From Vicinamibacteria bacterium (GTDB lineage Bacteria > Acidobacteriota > Vicinamibacteria > Marinacidobacterales > Marinacidobacteraceae), in the NCBI GenBank assembly GCA_963422395.1, contig OY729431.1:2176001-2240000 (forward strand): a DNA stretch of 64,000 nt, given 5' to 3'. The notes below the pieces were generated by a model, which worked only from the letters and a program-made list of their open reading frames with translations, did not search any database and had not been told where the DNA came from. A program made the translations under genes and the position numbers. Position 1 is the first letter of the stretch, and every line of letters starts with the position of its first letter. This document shows, piece by piece, positions 41,702 through 52,350 of the stretch.

Positions 41702-42795
41702 CTGCGGCCGGATCCGTCGGAGCGCTGGTCCTCGGCGCTTCCGGATATGTGGGCGGTGAGCTGCTCCGCTGGATCGCCGGACATCCCCGGATACATCTCG
41801 CCGGCGCGGTGTCCGAAAGCCGCAGCGGCTCCGCCATCGCCGCTTCGTTCCCGAACCTCGCTGCCGCCTTCGGCGAGGAGACCTTCGTCGGGCCGGAAGA
41901 GCTCGCCGCCCTCCTGCGGCGCGCTTCCGGCGAAGGGACTCGGCTCGCCGCGTTCTCCGCCGCGCCGCACAAGACCTCGGCACCGCAGGTCATGGCACTC
42001 CTCGAAGCCGCCGGAGCGGCCGCCTCCTCTCTGCCGGTGGTGGACCTTTCCGCCGACTTCCGCCACTCCGACCCCGAGCGGTACCGCGAGATCTACGGCG
42101 TGCCCCACCCCTCGCCCGAGCTGCTGCGGGAGTTCCACTGCGGGCTGCCCGAGCTTTCGAACGATCCGACTCTGGAATCGCTGCCGGGACCTCCGGGGCG
42201 GATCGCCCACCCCGGTTGCTTCGCCACCGCAGTCGCTCTCGCCGCCGCCCCGCTGGTGCGCGGCCGCCTCGTCGAAGCGGAGCTCCACGCCGCCGCGGTC
42301 ACCGGAAGCACCGGATCCGGAAGAAGGCCGAGGGAGACCACCCATCACCCCCTGCGGCACGCGAACCTGTTCGCCTACCAGCCGCTCGCCCACCGGCACG
42401 CGCCCGAAATGGAGGATCTGCTCCGTCCGCCCACGGGTCCGGCGGTGCGGGTGCGATTCGTACCCCACTCGGGGCCCTTCTCGCGGGGAATCCACGCCAC
42501 CGTGTTCGCCAAAAGCCGGTCCACCCTCAGCGACGACGAGCTGGAGGAGCGCTACCGCACCTTCTACGGCGAAGCCCCGCTGGTGCGGACGGTGCCGGTT
42601 CCGCGGCTCAAGGAAGCGGTGGGATCGGCCGCCGCGGTCGTCGGCGCCCGCACCGACGGGGAGACGGTGGCCGCCTTCGCCGCGCTGGACAACCTCGGCA
42701 AGGGAGCGGCGAGCGGCGGCGTCCAGTGGATGAACCGGATGCTCGGCCTCCCCGAGGAAACCGGACTCACCGCCCCGGCCCCGGGCTGGCTCTGA
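41698..42795 (+). CDS. argC: N-acetyl-gamma-glutamyl-phosphate reductase
   Basis: GASGYVGGEL, DLSADFR, PGCFATA, HRHAPE, DNLGKGA. Confidence 0.93.
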   Translation: MTAAGSVGALVLGASGYVGGELLRWIAGHPRIHLAGAVSESRSGSAIAASFPNLAAAFGEETFVGPEELAALLRRASGEGTRLAAFSAAPHKTSAPQVMALLEAAGAAASSLPVVDLSADFRHSDPERYREIYGVPHPSPELLREFHCGLPELSNDPTLESLPGPPGRIAHPGCFATAVALAAAPLVRGRLVEAELHAAAVTGSTGSGRRPRETTHHPLRHANLFAYQPLAHRHAPEMEDLLRPPTGPAVRVRFVPHSGPFSRGIHATVFAKSRSTLSDDELEERYRTFYGEAPLVRTVPVPRLKEAVGSAAAVVGARTDGETVAAFAALDNLGKGAASGGVQWMNRMLGLPEETGLTAPAPGWL

Positions 42796-42809
42796 GCGGC
42801 TTCTGCTCC

Positions 42810-43985
42810 ATGCCCAACGAATCCATGCCCAACGAACCGCCGTCCGCCGAATCGCCGTATCTGTTTCCGGTATATGCCCAGCTCCCGCTGGAGATCGCCT
42901 CGGGGGAAGGCGTCACCCTGCGGACCACCGACGGCCGCGAGCTGCTGGATTTCTACGGGGGCCACGCGGTCGCCGGCCTCGGCTATCGGCACCCCGCGAT
43001 CCTCGAACGACTCCAGGCCGCTTCCTCCCGTCTGTTCTTCCAGACGAACGCGGCCCCGAGCGCCGACCGGCGCGAGGCCGCCGCCGCCCTCGTCGGCTTC
43101 GCACCCGACGGCCTCGACCGGGCCTTCTTCGTGAACAGCGGAGCCGAAGCCAACGAAAACGCCCTCCGACTGGCTTTTCGCGCCCGTCCCGGGCGAGACA
43201 CCGTGGTCGCCCTCGCGGGCGGCTTCCACGGCCGGACGGCAGCCGCCGCCGCAGTGACCGACGGGTCGGGGCCGTGGTACGGTTTTCCCGAGCTGCCTTT
43301 CCGGGTCCGAACGGTTTCCCGCGAGGATCCGGCGGCGCTCGCCGCGGCGGTGGATTCGCGGGTGGCGGCGGTCATCATCGAGCCGATCCAGGGAATGGCG
43401 GGAGCGGTGGCGCTCCCGGACGCTTTCCTCCGGACGGCGCGAGCCGCTGCGGACGCTGCCGGTGCGCTGCTGATCTTCGACGAAGTGCAGTGCGGCATGG
43501 GGCGCAGCGGAAAGCCTTTCGCCTGCGAGTGGTCTGGCGTTCGACCCGACCTGCTGACCACCGCCAAGGCGCTCGCCGCCGGCTTCCCCGCGGGCGCCCT
43601 GCTCGCGGGGGAGGAGGTCGCCGGCACGCTCCCGAAAGGCGCGCTCGGGACCACCTTCGGCGGCGCGCCGGTCGCCTGCGCGCTGATCGCGACCGTCATC
43701 CGGGTGATCCGGGAGGACGGCCTCCTCGCGCGCGTCCGCCGACTTTCCCAGCGAATTCGGACCGAAGCCCTCGTCGGGCCGGTCACCGCGGTGCAGGGCC
43801 GCGGATTCCTGATCGGCCTCGTCTGTTCCCGCCCGGCGCGGGAGGTGCGCGACGAACTGCTCCGCCGCGGGATCTTCTCCGGGATCTCGAACGACCCGCA
43901 GGTGTTGCGGCTCATGCCGCCCTTGATCCTCGAAGCCGTCCAGGTGGACGCGCTGGTCGGCGCGCTCTCGCAGATTCCCGGCTGA
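42810..43985 (+). CDS. argD: Acetylornithine aminotransferase
   Basis: NSGAEANENA, FHGRT, EPIQG, FDEVQCG, TTAKALAAG. Confidence 0.9.
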   Translation: MPNESMPNEPPSAESPYLFPVYAQLPLEIASGEGVTLRTTDGRELLDFYGGHAVAGLGYRHPAILERLQAASSRLFFQTNAAPSADRREAAAALVGFAPDGLDRAFFVNSGAEANENALRLAFRARPGRDTVVALAGGFHGRTAAAAAVTDGSGPWYGFPELPFRVRTVSREDPAALAAAVDSRVAAVIIEPIQGMAGAVALPDAFLRTARAAADAAGALLIFDEVQCGMGRSGKPFACEWSGVRPDLLTTAKALAAGFPAGALLAGEEVAGTLPKGALGTTFGGAPVACALIATVIRVIREDGLLARVRRLSQRIRTEALVGPVTAVQGRGFLIGLVCSRPAREVRDELLRRGIFSGISNDPQVLRLMPPLILEAVQVDALVGALSQIPG

Positions 43986-43988
43986 ACG

Positions 43989-44999
43989 GTGCGTCCGATG
44001 CGGGAATTCCACCGGTTGGAAGCGCTCGGCCCCGACGGAGCCGGTGAGATCGTGGATCTCGCGGCCCGGCTCCGGGTTCACCCGGAGCCCGAGGCGCTCA
44101 CCGGGAGAGTGCTGGCGCTCTTCTTCCTCTCTCCTTCGCTCCGCACCCAGGCCTCGTTCCAGGCAGCGATGGCCCGGCTCGGCGGCGCCAGCTTCGTCAT
44201 CGCTCCCGACCGATCCATCCACCGGCTCGAGTTCGACCCCGCCGCGGTCATGGAGGGCGACGCCGCAGAAAACATCGCCGAAGCCGTCCCGGTCCTCGCG
44301 TCCTACGGCGACGCGTTCGGGGTGCGTGCCTTCGCCGCCGGACGGAATCTCGCCGAGGACCTCGACGACGGGCGCTTCGAGCGGATTCGCGCCCTCTGCC
44401 CCAAGCCGTTCCTCAACCTGGAATCGGCGGCCCGCCACCCCTGCCAGGCGATTTCCGACTGGCGCACCCTGGACGACCTCGAAATCCCTCGCCGCGGCGG
44501 GCGCTTCACCCTTTCCTGGGCCCGGCATCCCCGGCCCCTGCCGCTCGCAGTGCCGGCGGACACGCTGCGAATGGCAGCGATGCGCGGTATGGAAGTCACC
44601 GTACTCCGCCCCGAGGGATTCGGCCTCCCGAACCGCGTGATGGAAGAGGCCCGCCGGCTGGCCGCCGCCTCCGGCGGATCCGTCCGGGAGAGCGAGGACT
44701 TCGGCGAAGCGATGGAAGGCGCCTCCGTGCTCTACGCCAAGTCCTGGGCCTCGACGAAGTACTACGGAGACGCGGAGCGGGAGCTCGCACGGCGCGCCGA
44801 ACTCGCCCACTGGACGGTGGACGAGAGCTGGTTCCGCACTGCCCGCGAGGATTGCCGCTTCCTCCACTGCCTCCCGGTGCGGCGCGGGGTGGTGGTCCAC
44901 CGCGAAGTGCTGGAAGGGCCGCGGAGCGCCGTCGTCCACCAAGCCGAAAACCGCATGTGGACCCAGATGGCGGTGCTCCATCGGATGCTGGCGGCATGA
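43989..44999 (+). CDS. argF: N-acetylornithine carbamoyltransferase (ArgF'-type)
   Basis: PSLRT, HPCQ, PRPLPLAV, YAKSW, HCLPVRR are typical of the AOTCase/SOTCase clade. Confidence 0.85.
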   Translation: MRPMREFHRLEALGPDGAGEIVDLAARLRVHPEPEALTGRVLALFFLSPSLRTQASFQAAMARLGGASFVIAPDRSIHRLEFDPAAVMEGDAAENIAEAVPVLASYGDAFGVRAFAAGRNLAEDLDDGRFERIRALCPKPFLNLESAARHPCQAISDWRTLDDLEIPRRGGRFTLSWARHPRPLPLAVPADTLRMAAMRGMEVTVLRPEGFGLPNRVMEEARRLAAASGGSVRESEDFGEAMEGASVLYAKSWASTKYYGDAERELARRAELAHWTVDESWFRTAREDCRFLHCLPVRRGVVVHREVLEGPRSAVVHQAENRMWTQMAVLHRMLAA

Positions 45000-46006
45000 G
45001 CTCCGCCGAAACCGCCGCGGCGGGGTGCGCGCCCGCGAAGGCGCCGGATTCCCCCGAAGAACGGCGAATCCGGATCCGGGCGCTGCGGCATGCCGTCCCC
45101 TATCTGAAGCGATTCCGCGGCAAGGTCTTCGTCATCAAGGTCGGAGGAGCGGTGCTCGCCGCCGGAGAGGGAACCCGCGAGCTCCTCGGCCAGCTGGCCC
45201 TCCTCTTCGAGCTCGGCATCCGGGTTGTCCTCGTCCACGGCGGCGGCCCGCAGTCCACCGAACTGTCCCGAGCCCTCGGGATGCGCGCCCGATTCGTGAG
45301 CGGCCGGCGGGTCACCGACTCGGACGCACTGCGGGTCACCACGATGGTGTTGAACGGGGAGATCAACACCCGCATCCTCGCCGCCTGCCGCGATCTCGAA
45401 GTGCCGGCGGTCGGGATCTCCGGGGTGGACGCGGGGCTCATCCGCGCCCACCGCCGCCCGCCGGTCGAGGTGCGCGAAGGCGCGGCCTCGGAGACCGTGG
45501 ACTACGGCTATGTCGGGGACATCGAAGGAGTGGACAGCGGACTCCTCGAGAAGCTGCTCGGCATCGGCGTGCTGCCGGTGGTGAGCCCGATCTCCGCCGA
45601 CGCCGCGGGGACGCTCCTGAACATCAACGCCGACACCGTGGCTTCCGCCCTCTCCGTGGCGCTCTCGGCGGAGAAGCTGATCCTTCTCGGCGAGGCTCCC
45701 GGACTGCTCTCCGATCCAGACGATCCGGCGAGCGTGGTGTCGTTCCTCGATCTCGCCGAGCTCGAGCGAATGCGCGCCGGCGGGGCGATCCGCGAGGGGA
45801 TGCTCCCGAAGGCAGCCTGTATCCGGAACGCTCTCGAAGGGGGTGTCGCCCGGGCCCATCTGCTGGCCGCGGGAGTCCGGGACAGCCTGCTGCTGGAGAT
45901 CTTCACCCCCGAAGGCTCCGGAACCCTGGTGGTGCCGGACCTGGCGCGGCTCTCGAAAGCCGAGCGGGTCCGGCGCGGCGAAGCCGCTACCGCGAACGGG
46001 TGCTGA
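44996..46006 (+). CDS. argB: Acetylglutamate kinase
   Basis: VIKVGG, VHGGGPQ, RVTD, NINAD, GMLPK. Confidence 0.93.
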   Translation: MSSAETAAAGCAPAKAPDSPEERRIRIRALRHAVPYLKRFRGKVFVIKVGGAVLAAGEGTRELLGQLALLFELGIRVVLVHGGGPQSTELSRALGMRARFVSGRRVTDSDALRVTTMVLNGEINTRILAACRDLEVPAVGISGVDAGLIRAHRRPPVEVREGAASETVDYGYVGDIEGVDSGLLEKLLGIGVLPVVSPISADAAGTLLNINADTVASALSVALSAEKLILLGEAPGLLSDPDDPASVVSFLDLAELERMRAGGAIREGMLPKAACIRNALEGGVARAHLLAAGVRDSLLLEIFTPEGSGTLVVPDLARLSKAERVRRGEAATANGC

Positions 46007-46553
46007 ACTCCGCCTTCGCGGCAGCGATGAAGCGAGGCCACTGGGAGGTCTCCGGATCCTGCCCGGGATCCCAGACTTCGAGGACATCGTCCCACGCTTC
46101 TGCCTCGGGAACCCCCTTCACCAGGGTCCGGTAGAGGTACACGAAGACCGAAACCCGCATGTTGGCGAAACAGTGGACATAGACCCGCCGGTCCTCGTTC
46201 GCCTCCATCACCTCGAAGAACAACGCCAGATCGCGCAGCGACGGCTCCTGCCAGTTCACCGGGATCTGGATGTAGGTCATTCCGGCCTCGGTGACCCGGA
46301 ATCCCTCCTCGAAGTTACGCTCACGGCGCGCCGGGGCGAGATTCACCACCACCTCGAAACCCGCCGCATCCACCGAAGCGATCTCTCGAGTGGTGATCTG
46401 CCCGGAGGTGGCGATCCGGTCCGAGATCTCGACGAAGTTGTGCGCGTCGGACAGGTCCTGCGCCGCCGCCGCCGCTCCGGAGAACGCGAGCGCCGCGGCG
46501 AAGGCCGCCGAGACGGGGAAACGGGACGGGGACCGGAGAGGGAATGAAAACAT
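45987..46553 (-). CDS. Exported PTP-like / DUF442 sulfurtransferase-phosphatase protein
   Basis: Signal peptide; ATSGQ, VVVNL, HCFANMR (CX5R). Confidence 0.8.
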   Translation of the reverse strand: MFSFPLRSPSRFPVSAAFAAALAFSGAAAAAQDLSDAHNFVEISDRIATSGQITTREIASVDAAGFEVVVNLAPARRERNFEEGFRVTEAGMTYIQIPVNWQEPSLRDLALFFEVMEANEDRRVYVHCFANMRVSVFVYLYRTLVKGVPEAEAWDDVLEVWDPGQDPETSQWPRFIAAAKAEFSTRSR

Positions 46554-46570
46554 GGCGTCCTCCAGGGGTG

Positions 46571-48313
46571 TCAGCGTTTCCGGGACTCCCCGTCGTGGAC
46601 CGCCGCGCCGCCGTCCGGAGCGCGCCGATCCACTCCCCCCTCGAGGACGCCTTCCTCGGCGAGATGAACGATCACTTCGGCGGCACCCTGCCCCGCGATC
46701 TCGTTCAACCGATGGCCGTATGCCTCGAGGAGGGCGAGGGTGTCCGGGGAGAACTGCTGGCGCTCGTAGTTGATGCGGTCGGGAAGCCACTGGTGGTGGA
46801 CGCGCCCGGCGTCCACCGCTTCCTGGGCGTTCATCCCGTGGTCCACGACATTCAGGATCGTCTGCAGCACCGTGTTGATGATCGTGCGCCCTCCCGGCGT
46901 CCCGGTCACCATGAAGAGCTCGCCGTCCTTCGCGAGGATCGTCGGGCTCATGCTCGACAGCATTCGCTTGCCGCCCTCGGCGAGGTTCGGGTCGGTGCCG
47001 ATCAGGCCTCGCTCGTCGGTGAGTCCGGGGGCGCCGTTGAAATCCCCCATCTCGTTGTTGAGCAGGAACCCGGCTCCCGGCACCACGATCCCCGATCCGT
47101 AGCCGAATTCGAGCGTGTAGGTCAGCGACACCGCATTCCGGTCTTCGTCCACCACCGAGAAATGGGTGGTCTCGCTGCTCTCCGCGGCCCAGTCGAAGCT
47201 CGCAGGCGAGGACACCGAGGCCTGTTCTTCGAGGATCGTGGTGCGGAGTTCGGCCGCGTAGTCCTTCGAGATGAGCCGCCCGATGGGGATGTCTGGGTTG
47301 AAGTCGGGATCTCCCAGGTGCAGCGCGCGGTCCGAATAGGCGCGGCGCATGGCCTCGGCCATCCGGTGGATGTTGGCCGCCGATCCGAACCCGTTCCCGG
47401 TGATGTCGTACCCCTCGAGAATGTTCAGCATCTGCACGAGTACCGTTCCGCCGGAACTCGGCGGCGGCATCGAAAGGATCTCGAAGCCCCGGTACTCGCC
47501 GCGAATCGGTTCCCGCACCACGGCGCGGTACGCCTTCAGATCCTCGAGGGTGATGAGCCCGTCTCCAGCTTCCATCTCCCGGACCAGCAGTTCGGCGGTC
47601 TTCCCTTCGTAGAAGCCGGCGGCGCCGTTTTCGAGAATCCGCTCGAGAGTGGCCGCCAGGTCCGGTTGGCGGAGGATCTCGCCCCCTTCGTAGGGGGTCC
47701 CGTCCTTCGAGAACTGAGCCACCGACGCCGGGTACTCGCTCATCCGGTCGAGCACCCGGGCGAGCGAGGCGGCGAGCCCGTGGGACACCACGAATCCATC
47801 CCGGGCGAGAGCGACCGCCGGACGCACGAGGCGCTCCCATGGCAGACTGCCCTGCTGTTCCCAGGCGAGCAGCAGGCCGGCGACCGTCCCCGGCACCCCG
47901 ACCGCCCGGTGGCTCAGGTGGTGCAGCTCGAAGCTGTACTCGCCGTCCCGGAGCCACATCTCCGGGGTGGCGGCGGCCGGCGCCCGCTCGCGGAAGTCGT
48001 AGGCCAGCGGCTCTCCCCGGCTCGGCCGCCAGACGAGGAAACCGCCGCCGCCGATGTTCCCGGCGGTGGGATGGGTCACTGCCAGCGCGAACGCGGTGGC
48101 GACCGCAGCATCCATCGCATTGCCGCCTTCCCGCAGCACCGCGGCGCCGACCTCGGAAGCGATCCGGTTCTGCGACACCACCATCCCGCGGCGGGCGCGG
48201 ACGGAAACGCTCCTGGCCTCGGCGAGACTCCCGATCCCGGCTGCGAGCAACAGCAGCACGGGGGTCAGCAGCACCAGCAGGCGCTGGATTTCTTTCCTGA
48301 ACGGCAGATGCAT
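46571..48313 (-). CDS. ggt: Gamma-glutamyltransferase
   Basis: GGNAMDAAVA, GNIGGGGF, DFRE, ETTHFS (catalytic Thr), LNNEMGDF, LSSMSP, GTPGG. Confidence 0.95.
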   Translation of the reverse strand: MHLPFRKEIQRLLVLLTPVLLLLAAGIGSLAEARSVSVRARRGMVVSQNRIASEVGAAVLREGGNAMDAAVATAFALAVTHPTAGNIGGGGFLVWRPSRGEPLAYDFRERAPAAATPEMWLRDGEYSFELHHLSHRAVGVPGTVAGLLLAWEQQGSLPWERLVRPAVALARDGFVVSHGLAASLARVLDRMSEYPASVAQFSKDGTPYEGGEILRQPDLAATLERILENGAAGFYEGKTAELLVREMEAGDGLITLEDLKAYRAVVREPIRGEYRGFEILSMPPPSSGGTVLVQMLNILEGYDITGNGFGSAANIHRMAEAMRRAYSDRALHLGDPDFNPDIPIGRLISKDYAAELRTTILEEQASVSSPASFDWAAESSETTHFSVVDEDRNAVSLTYTLEFGYGSGIVVPGAGFLLNNEMGDFNGAPGLTDERGLIGTDPNLAEGGKRMLSSMSPTILAKDGELFMVTGTPGGRTIINTVLQTILNVVDHGMNAQEAVDAGRVHHQWLPDRINYERQQFSPDTLALLEAYGHRLNEIAGQGAAEVIVHLAEEGVLEGGVDRRAPDGGAAVHDGESRKR

Positions 48314-48425
48314 CGGCGACCACCTCGTCCCGGGAACCGGGTCGGTCTCGGTATCGTAACAGTAGGAAATTCCGCCTTCCGACGCCTCCAAGATCATCGA
48401 GACCGCCCGGCTACGATACCTGGCC

Positions 48426-50207
48426 ATGGATCTGAACAGCCCCTTCGGAGCGGGCACCGGAGCGCGTACGGGCGTTCTGGCAGCGCTTTCGCTGGCCCTT
48501 TCCGCCCCGCTCTTCGGACAGGCGGCGGTCCCGGTCGAGGAGTTCCGCCTCGACAACGGCATGCGGTTCCTCGCCGTGGTGCGACCGGAGATGACCACCG
48601 TGTCCGCCGGCTGGGCGGCCCGGGTGGGGTCGGCGAACGAGCACCCGGGCATCACCGGGATGAGCCATTTCTTCGAGCACATGATGTTCAAAGGGACGCC
48701 CACCGTCGGAACCACCGACGCCGAACGCGACCAGGCCATCATCGAAGAGCAGGAGGCGGTCCAGGAGAAGATCCGGGCGATCTACCGGGAGCGGCGGAGC
48801 CAAAGCCGCCTCGGGCTGATCGGCGACCCCTTCGGACAGGAGGACCTTCCGGAAGAACTGCGGGCGCTCCTGGAAGAGTTCGACGGCCTGGTGGAGGAGC
48901 AGCGCGCCCTGATGGTCAAGGACGAGTTCGACCGGATCTACACCGAGGCGGGCTCGACCGGCATGAACGCCTTCACCTCGTACGACCAGACGGTGTACTT
49001 CATCACCGTGCCGCAGAACCGGCTGGAGTTGTGGTTCTGGATGGAATCCGAACGCCTCCGGCGGCCGGTGTTCCGGGAGTTCTATTCGGAGCGCGATGTG
49101 GTGCACGAGGAACGGCGTCTGCGCACCGAATCCACCCCCACCGGTGAATTCGACGAGGCGTTCGACGCCATGTTCTGGCAGTCGCATCCGTATTCCTGGC
49201 CGGTCGTGGGCTGGCCCTCGGACCTTCGCGTCTTCACCCTCGCCGAAGCGCAGGAGTACTACGACACCTACTACGCGCCCGGAAACCTCACCGGTGCTCT
49301 AGTCGGGAACTTCGATCTCGACGAGGCGCGGGCGCTCGCCGAGCGCTATTTCGGGCGCCTCGAGCCCGGACCGGAAGCACCGGATGTGGTCACCCTCGAG
49401 ATGGAGCAGAACGCGGCGAAGCGGCTCGACGCTTCCTGCGACTGCCAGCCCCAGGTAGCGGTCCGCTACCACACCGTGCCCTTCCGACACCGGGATCAAC
49501 ACGCACTCGATGTTCTGGTAGGCCTCCTGAACGGGCGCACCGGCAGGCTCTACCAGAGCATGGTGCTCGGCAGCGAGATCGCGAGTGCGGCGTCGGCCTT
49601 CCAGGACAACCGCAAGTGGGCGGGACTCCTCGAAATCACCGCCGAAGCGAAGGGAGAGACCACCCCCGCCGAACTCGAAGCCGCGATCGAGCGCGAAGTC
49701 CGGCGCCTCGTCGAAGAGCCGATCCCGGCGGAAGAGATCCAGAAGGTCAAGAACCAGGCCTCGGCGGCAGCCTGGGAGCGGCTCGACAGCGGCTTCTTCC
49801 TGCTGCTCCAGCTGCTGGTGTACGACTCGCTCGGAGACTGGAAATACATCAACGAGTGGGCGGAGGCGACGCTCGCAGTGACCGAGGCGGACGTCCAGCG
49901 GGTCGCGGAGAGGTATCTGACACCGAACAACCGCTCCGTCGCGCGGTACACCCGGGTGGAGGGCTCGACCGTCGAGGAAGTCCCCGCCGCGCTGGCCTCG
50001 CTTCCGGCGCCGCTCCAGCGCCAGCTCCTGGCCCAGATCCGCGAGATCCGATCCGCAACAGACCGCGAACAGCTCCAGCAGGCGCTCGCGCAGTTCACGG
50101 ACGCGCGCGGTCAGGCGCCGCCGGAGATGGCAGGCGCATTCGATCACCTGGAGCAGGTGATCCGCGAACGACTCGCAGAACTCGAACCCCCGGAGGACCC
50201 GCGATGA
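48426..50207 (+). CDS. M16 zinc peptidase, catalytic subunit
   Basis: HFFEH (HxxEH), NAFTS.D.T.Y, VVHEER, HPY. Confidence 0.92.
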   Translation: MDLNSPFGAGTGARTGVLAALSLALSAPLFGQAAVPVEEFRLDNGMRFLAVVRPEMTTVSAGWAARVGSANEHPGITGMSHFFEHMMFKGTPTVGTTDAERDQAIIEEQEAVQEKIRAIYRERRSQSRLGLIGDPFGQEDLPEELRALLEEFDGLVEEQRALMVKDEFDRIYTEAGSTGMNAFTSYDQTVYFITVPQNRLELWFWMESERLRRPVFREFYSERDVVHEERRLRTESTPTGEFDEAFDAMFWQSHPYSWPVVGWPSDLRVFTLAEAQEYYDTYYAPGNLTGALVGNFDLDEARALAERYFGRLEPGPEAPDVVTLEMEQNAAKRLDASCDCQPQVAVRYHTVPFRHRDQHALDVLVGLLNGRTGRLYQSMVLGSEIASAASAFQDNRKWAGLLEITAEAKGETTPAELEAAIEREVRRLVEEPIPAEEIQKVKNQASAAAWERLDSGFFLLLQLLVYDSLGDWKYINEWAEATLAVTEADVQRVAERYLTPNNRSVARYTRVEGSTVEEVPAALASLPAPLQRQLLAQIREIRSATDREQLQQALAQFTDARGQAPPEMAGAFDHLEQVIRERLAELEPPEDPR

Positions 50208-51727
50208 CCCGCCGCCCGATCCTGCCGGCCCTTTCCTTCGCCGCCTTCGCCGCCCTGTCCTTCGGAGTCTGCCGTCCTGCCGCGGCGCAGGACATCCCCG
50301 ACCGCCCCGAAGAGCTGGTCTTTCCCGACTTCGTCTTCGAGACGCCGCAGGGAGCCGACTACCGCCACGAACTGCCCGGAGGGATCCCGATCATCGTGGT
50401 CGAGGACCACACCCTGCCGCTGATTCGGATCGGGGTGACCCTCCGCATCGGAAACTTCCTCGATCCCCAAGACGGCATCGGACTCTCCTCGATGACGGCG
50501 ACGATGATGCGCGAGGGAGGCGCGGGGGAGCGCAGGCCGAAGGAGCTGGACGAGCGGATCGAATTCCTGGCGGCGCGAATCGGCGTTTCCGCAAGCGACA
50601 CCGAATCCCGCGCTTCGCTCCGCACGATCACTCCGATCTTCGAGGAGAGCCTGGACATCTTCTTCGATGTCCTGCGGCGACCGCAGTTCGACGCCGGGCG
50701 CTTCGAAGTGCGCAGGGAGAACATCCGGGAAATCCTCAAGCAGCGAAACGACGACGCCGACGACCTGCTCGGCCGCGAATGGGACCTGCTCCTCTACGGC
50801 GAGGACCACTACCTCGGCCGCCGGATGACCAGCGCGCACCTCGACCGACTCACCCCCGACGACCTCAGGGAGTTTCACCGACGCTACTGGCGGCCGGAAC
50901 ACATGGTCTGGTCGGTTTCAGGGAATATCGAGACTGCGGAGATCCTGGAGCTGCTTTCGGCGAAACTCGCGGACTGGCCCGGAGCCGGGGAGGACGCGCC
51001 GGCGTTCGCCTGGCCGCCCGAAGGGGTGCCGGCCGGCCCGGCACCGGGCATCTACCACCTGGAAAAGGACATCCCGCAGGGCAAGGTGCGGATCGGCCAC
51101 CTGGCGCCTCGCTGGTCCGACTGGGAAAACCCGGAACGAGCTGCGATCCAGGTGATGGACCACATCCTCGGTGCGAGCGGCTTCACCTCGCGGATCATGC
51201 GGCGGGTGCGCTCCGACGAGGGACTCGCATACGGCGCCGGCGGCCGCTTCGCGTTCAACCCGCTGGGACCGAGCGCCTACTCGATGGGATATCAATCGAA
51301 GAGCCCCACCGTGGCGCTGGCCGCTGCCATCGCGCTCGAAGAAATCCACCGGATGCGCGACGAACCGGTCAGCGCAGAGGAGCTCGCCCTGGCGAAACGG
51401 TCCCTGACCGACAGCTTCCCGCGCCGCTTCGAAAGCGCCGAAGCCCGCGCGAGCATCTTCGCGGGAGACGCATTCCTGGACCGGGACCACGGCTACTGGA
51501 CTCGCTGGCGCGAACAGGTGGAAGCGGTGACCGTCGAGGATGTGACCGCCGCCGCCCGGAAATACCTCCGGCCCGCCGAGATGGTGATGCTGGTGGTAGG
51601 CGTCTTCGCGGACATCGCCCCCGGCGACCCGGAGGGCCGCGCCGCCCTGGCCGACCTGCTGAACGGTGAAATCACCCAGCTCCCCGCCCGCGACCCGCTG
51701 ACCCTCGAACGGGTCCCCGGGCAGTAA
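50204..51727 (+). CDS. M16 peptidase partner subunit (non-catalytic)
   Basis: VEDHTLP, FTSRIMRRVRSDEGLAY; no HxxEH; ATGA-coupled. Confidence 0.88.
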   Translation: MTRRPILPALSFAAFAALSFGVCRPAAAQDIPDRPEELVFPDFVFETPQGADYRHELPGGIPIIVVEDHTLPLIRIGVTLRIGNFLDPQDGIGLSSMTATMMREGGAGERRPKELDERIEFLAARIGVSASDTESRASLRTITPIFEESLDIFFDVLRRPQFDAGRFEVRRENIREILKQRNDDADDLLGREWDLLLYGEDHYLGRRMTSAHLDRLTPDDLREFHRRYWRPEHMVWSVSGNIETAEILELLSAKLADWPGAGEDAPAFAWPPEGVPAGPAPGIYHLEKDIPQGKVRIGHLAPRWSDWENPERAAIQVMDHILGASGFTSRIMRRVRSDEGLAYGAGGRFAFNPLGPSAYSMGYQSKSPTVALAAAIALEEIHRMRDEPVSAEELALAKRSLTDSFPRRFESAEARASIFAGDAFLDRDHGYWTRWREQVEAVTVEDVTAAARKYLRPAEMVMLVVGVFADIAPGDPEGRAALADLLNGEITQLPARDPLTLERVPGQ

Positions 51728-51812
51728 GCAGCCATTGCCTCGCCCAGCCACCGATTTCCTCCTCCGACCTCTGCGCGGTCGCGCTTCGCCGCTGGAAGGT
51801 CGTGTCCCGAAA

Positions 51813-52298
51813 ATGCAGAAGTTGCCTCTCTACTTCCGAATCTGGCAGCTCGTCTTCGGGAACGGCTTCGTGGCGAGCGTGGAGATCGTGGGCCGCGCCA
51901 CCGCCGCCGAAGACTTCGGCATCCTCTGGATCTACGGAGTGAACCCCGGAGGGATCGCCCAGAGCGGAGCCGATCTGGCTTCCGCTTACTCGAACTTCCG
52001 GCGCTGGTTCACCGAGGTCCTCTTCGATCTCGCGGAGATGGCGGGCGAATTCGAGGAATTTCGCCGAACCGCAGAAGGCTTCCTCCGCGCCACTGACGAC
52101 GACCGCGTGAGGGAGTGGCGAGCGGCTCGTCAGGCGATCCGGGAGGGAAATCGACCGGATCTGGAGGTGGTGATGAGAATCGAGCCGGACGACCTCGACA
52201 TCGAGTTCACCGCCGAAGACCTGACGGAGGCCATGCAGTCGCCGTCTCCGGAACTCAACCGGCTGCCTGACCTCACTCCAGCAGAGCTCGCGGCTTAG
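51813..52298 (+). CDS. Hypothetical protein with a HicB-like segment
   Basis: YGVNPGGIAQSGADLASAYSNF resembles the HicB pG...G.t..eA..n motif. Confidence 0.5.
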   Translation: MQKLPLYFRIWQLVFGNGFVASVEIVGRATAAEDFGILWIYGVNPGGIAQSGADLASAYSNFRRWFTEVLFDLAEMAGEFEEFRRTAEGFLRATDDDRVREWRAARQAIREGNRPDLEVVMRIEPDDLDIEFTAEDLTEAMQSPSPELNRLPDLTPAELAA

Positions 52299-52350
52299 CA
52301 GCAGCCCGTGCCGGCTCGGCGCGGGGCGGGACGGCGGGTGCGAAGCCCGC

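Noticed and set aside
45987-48323. 778-aa protein
   Set aside because: Only the last 188 residues (from ATG 46553, with signal peptide) look real; the rest overlaps ggt out of frame
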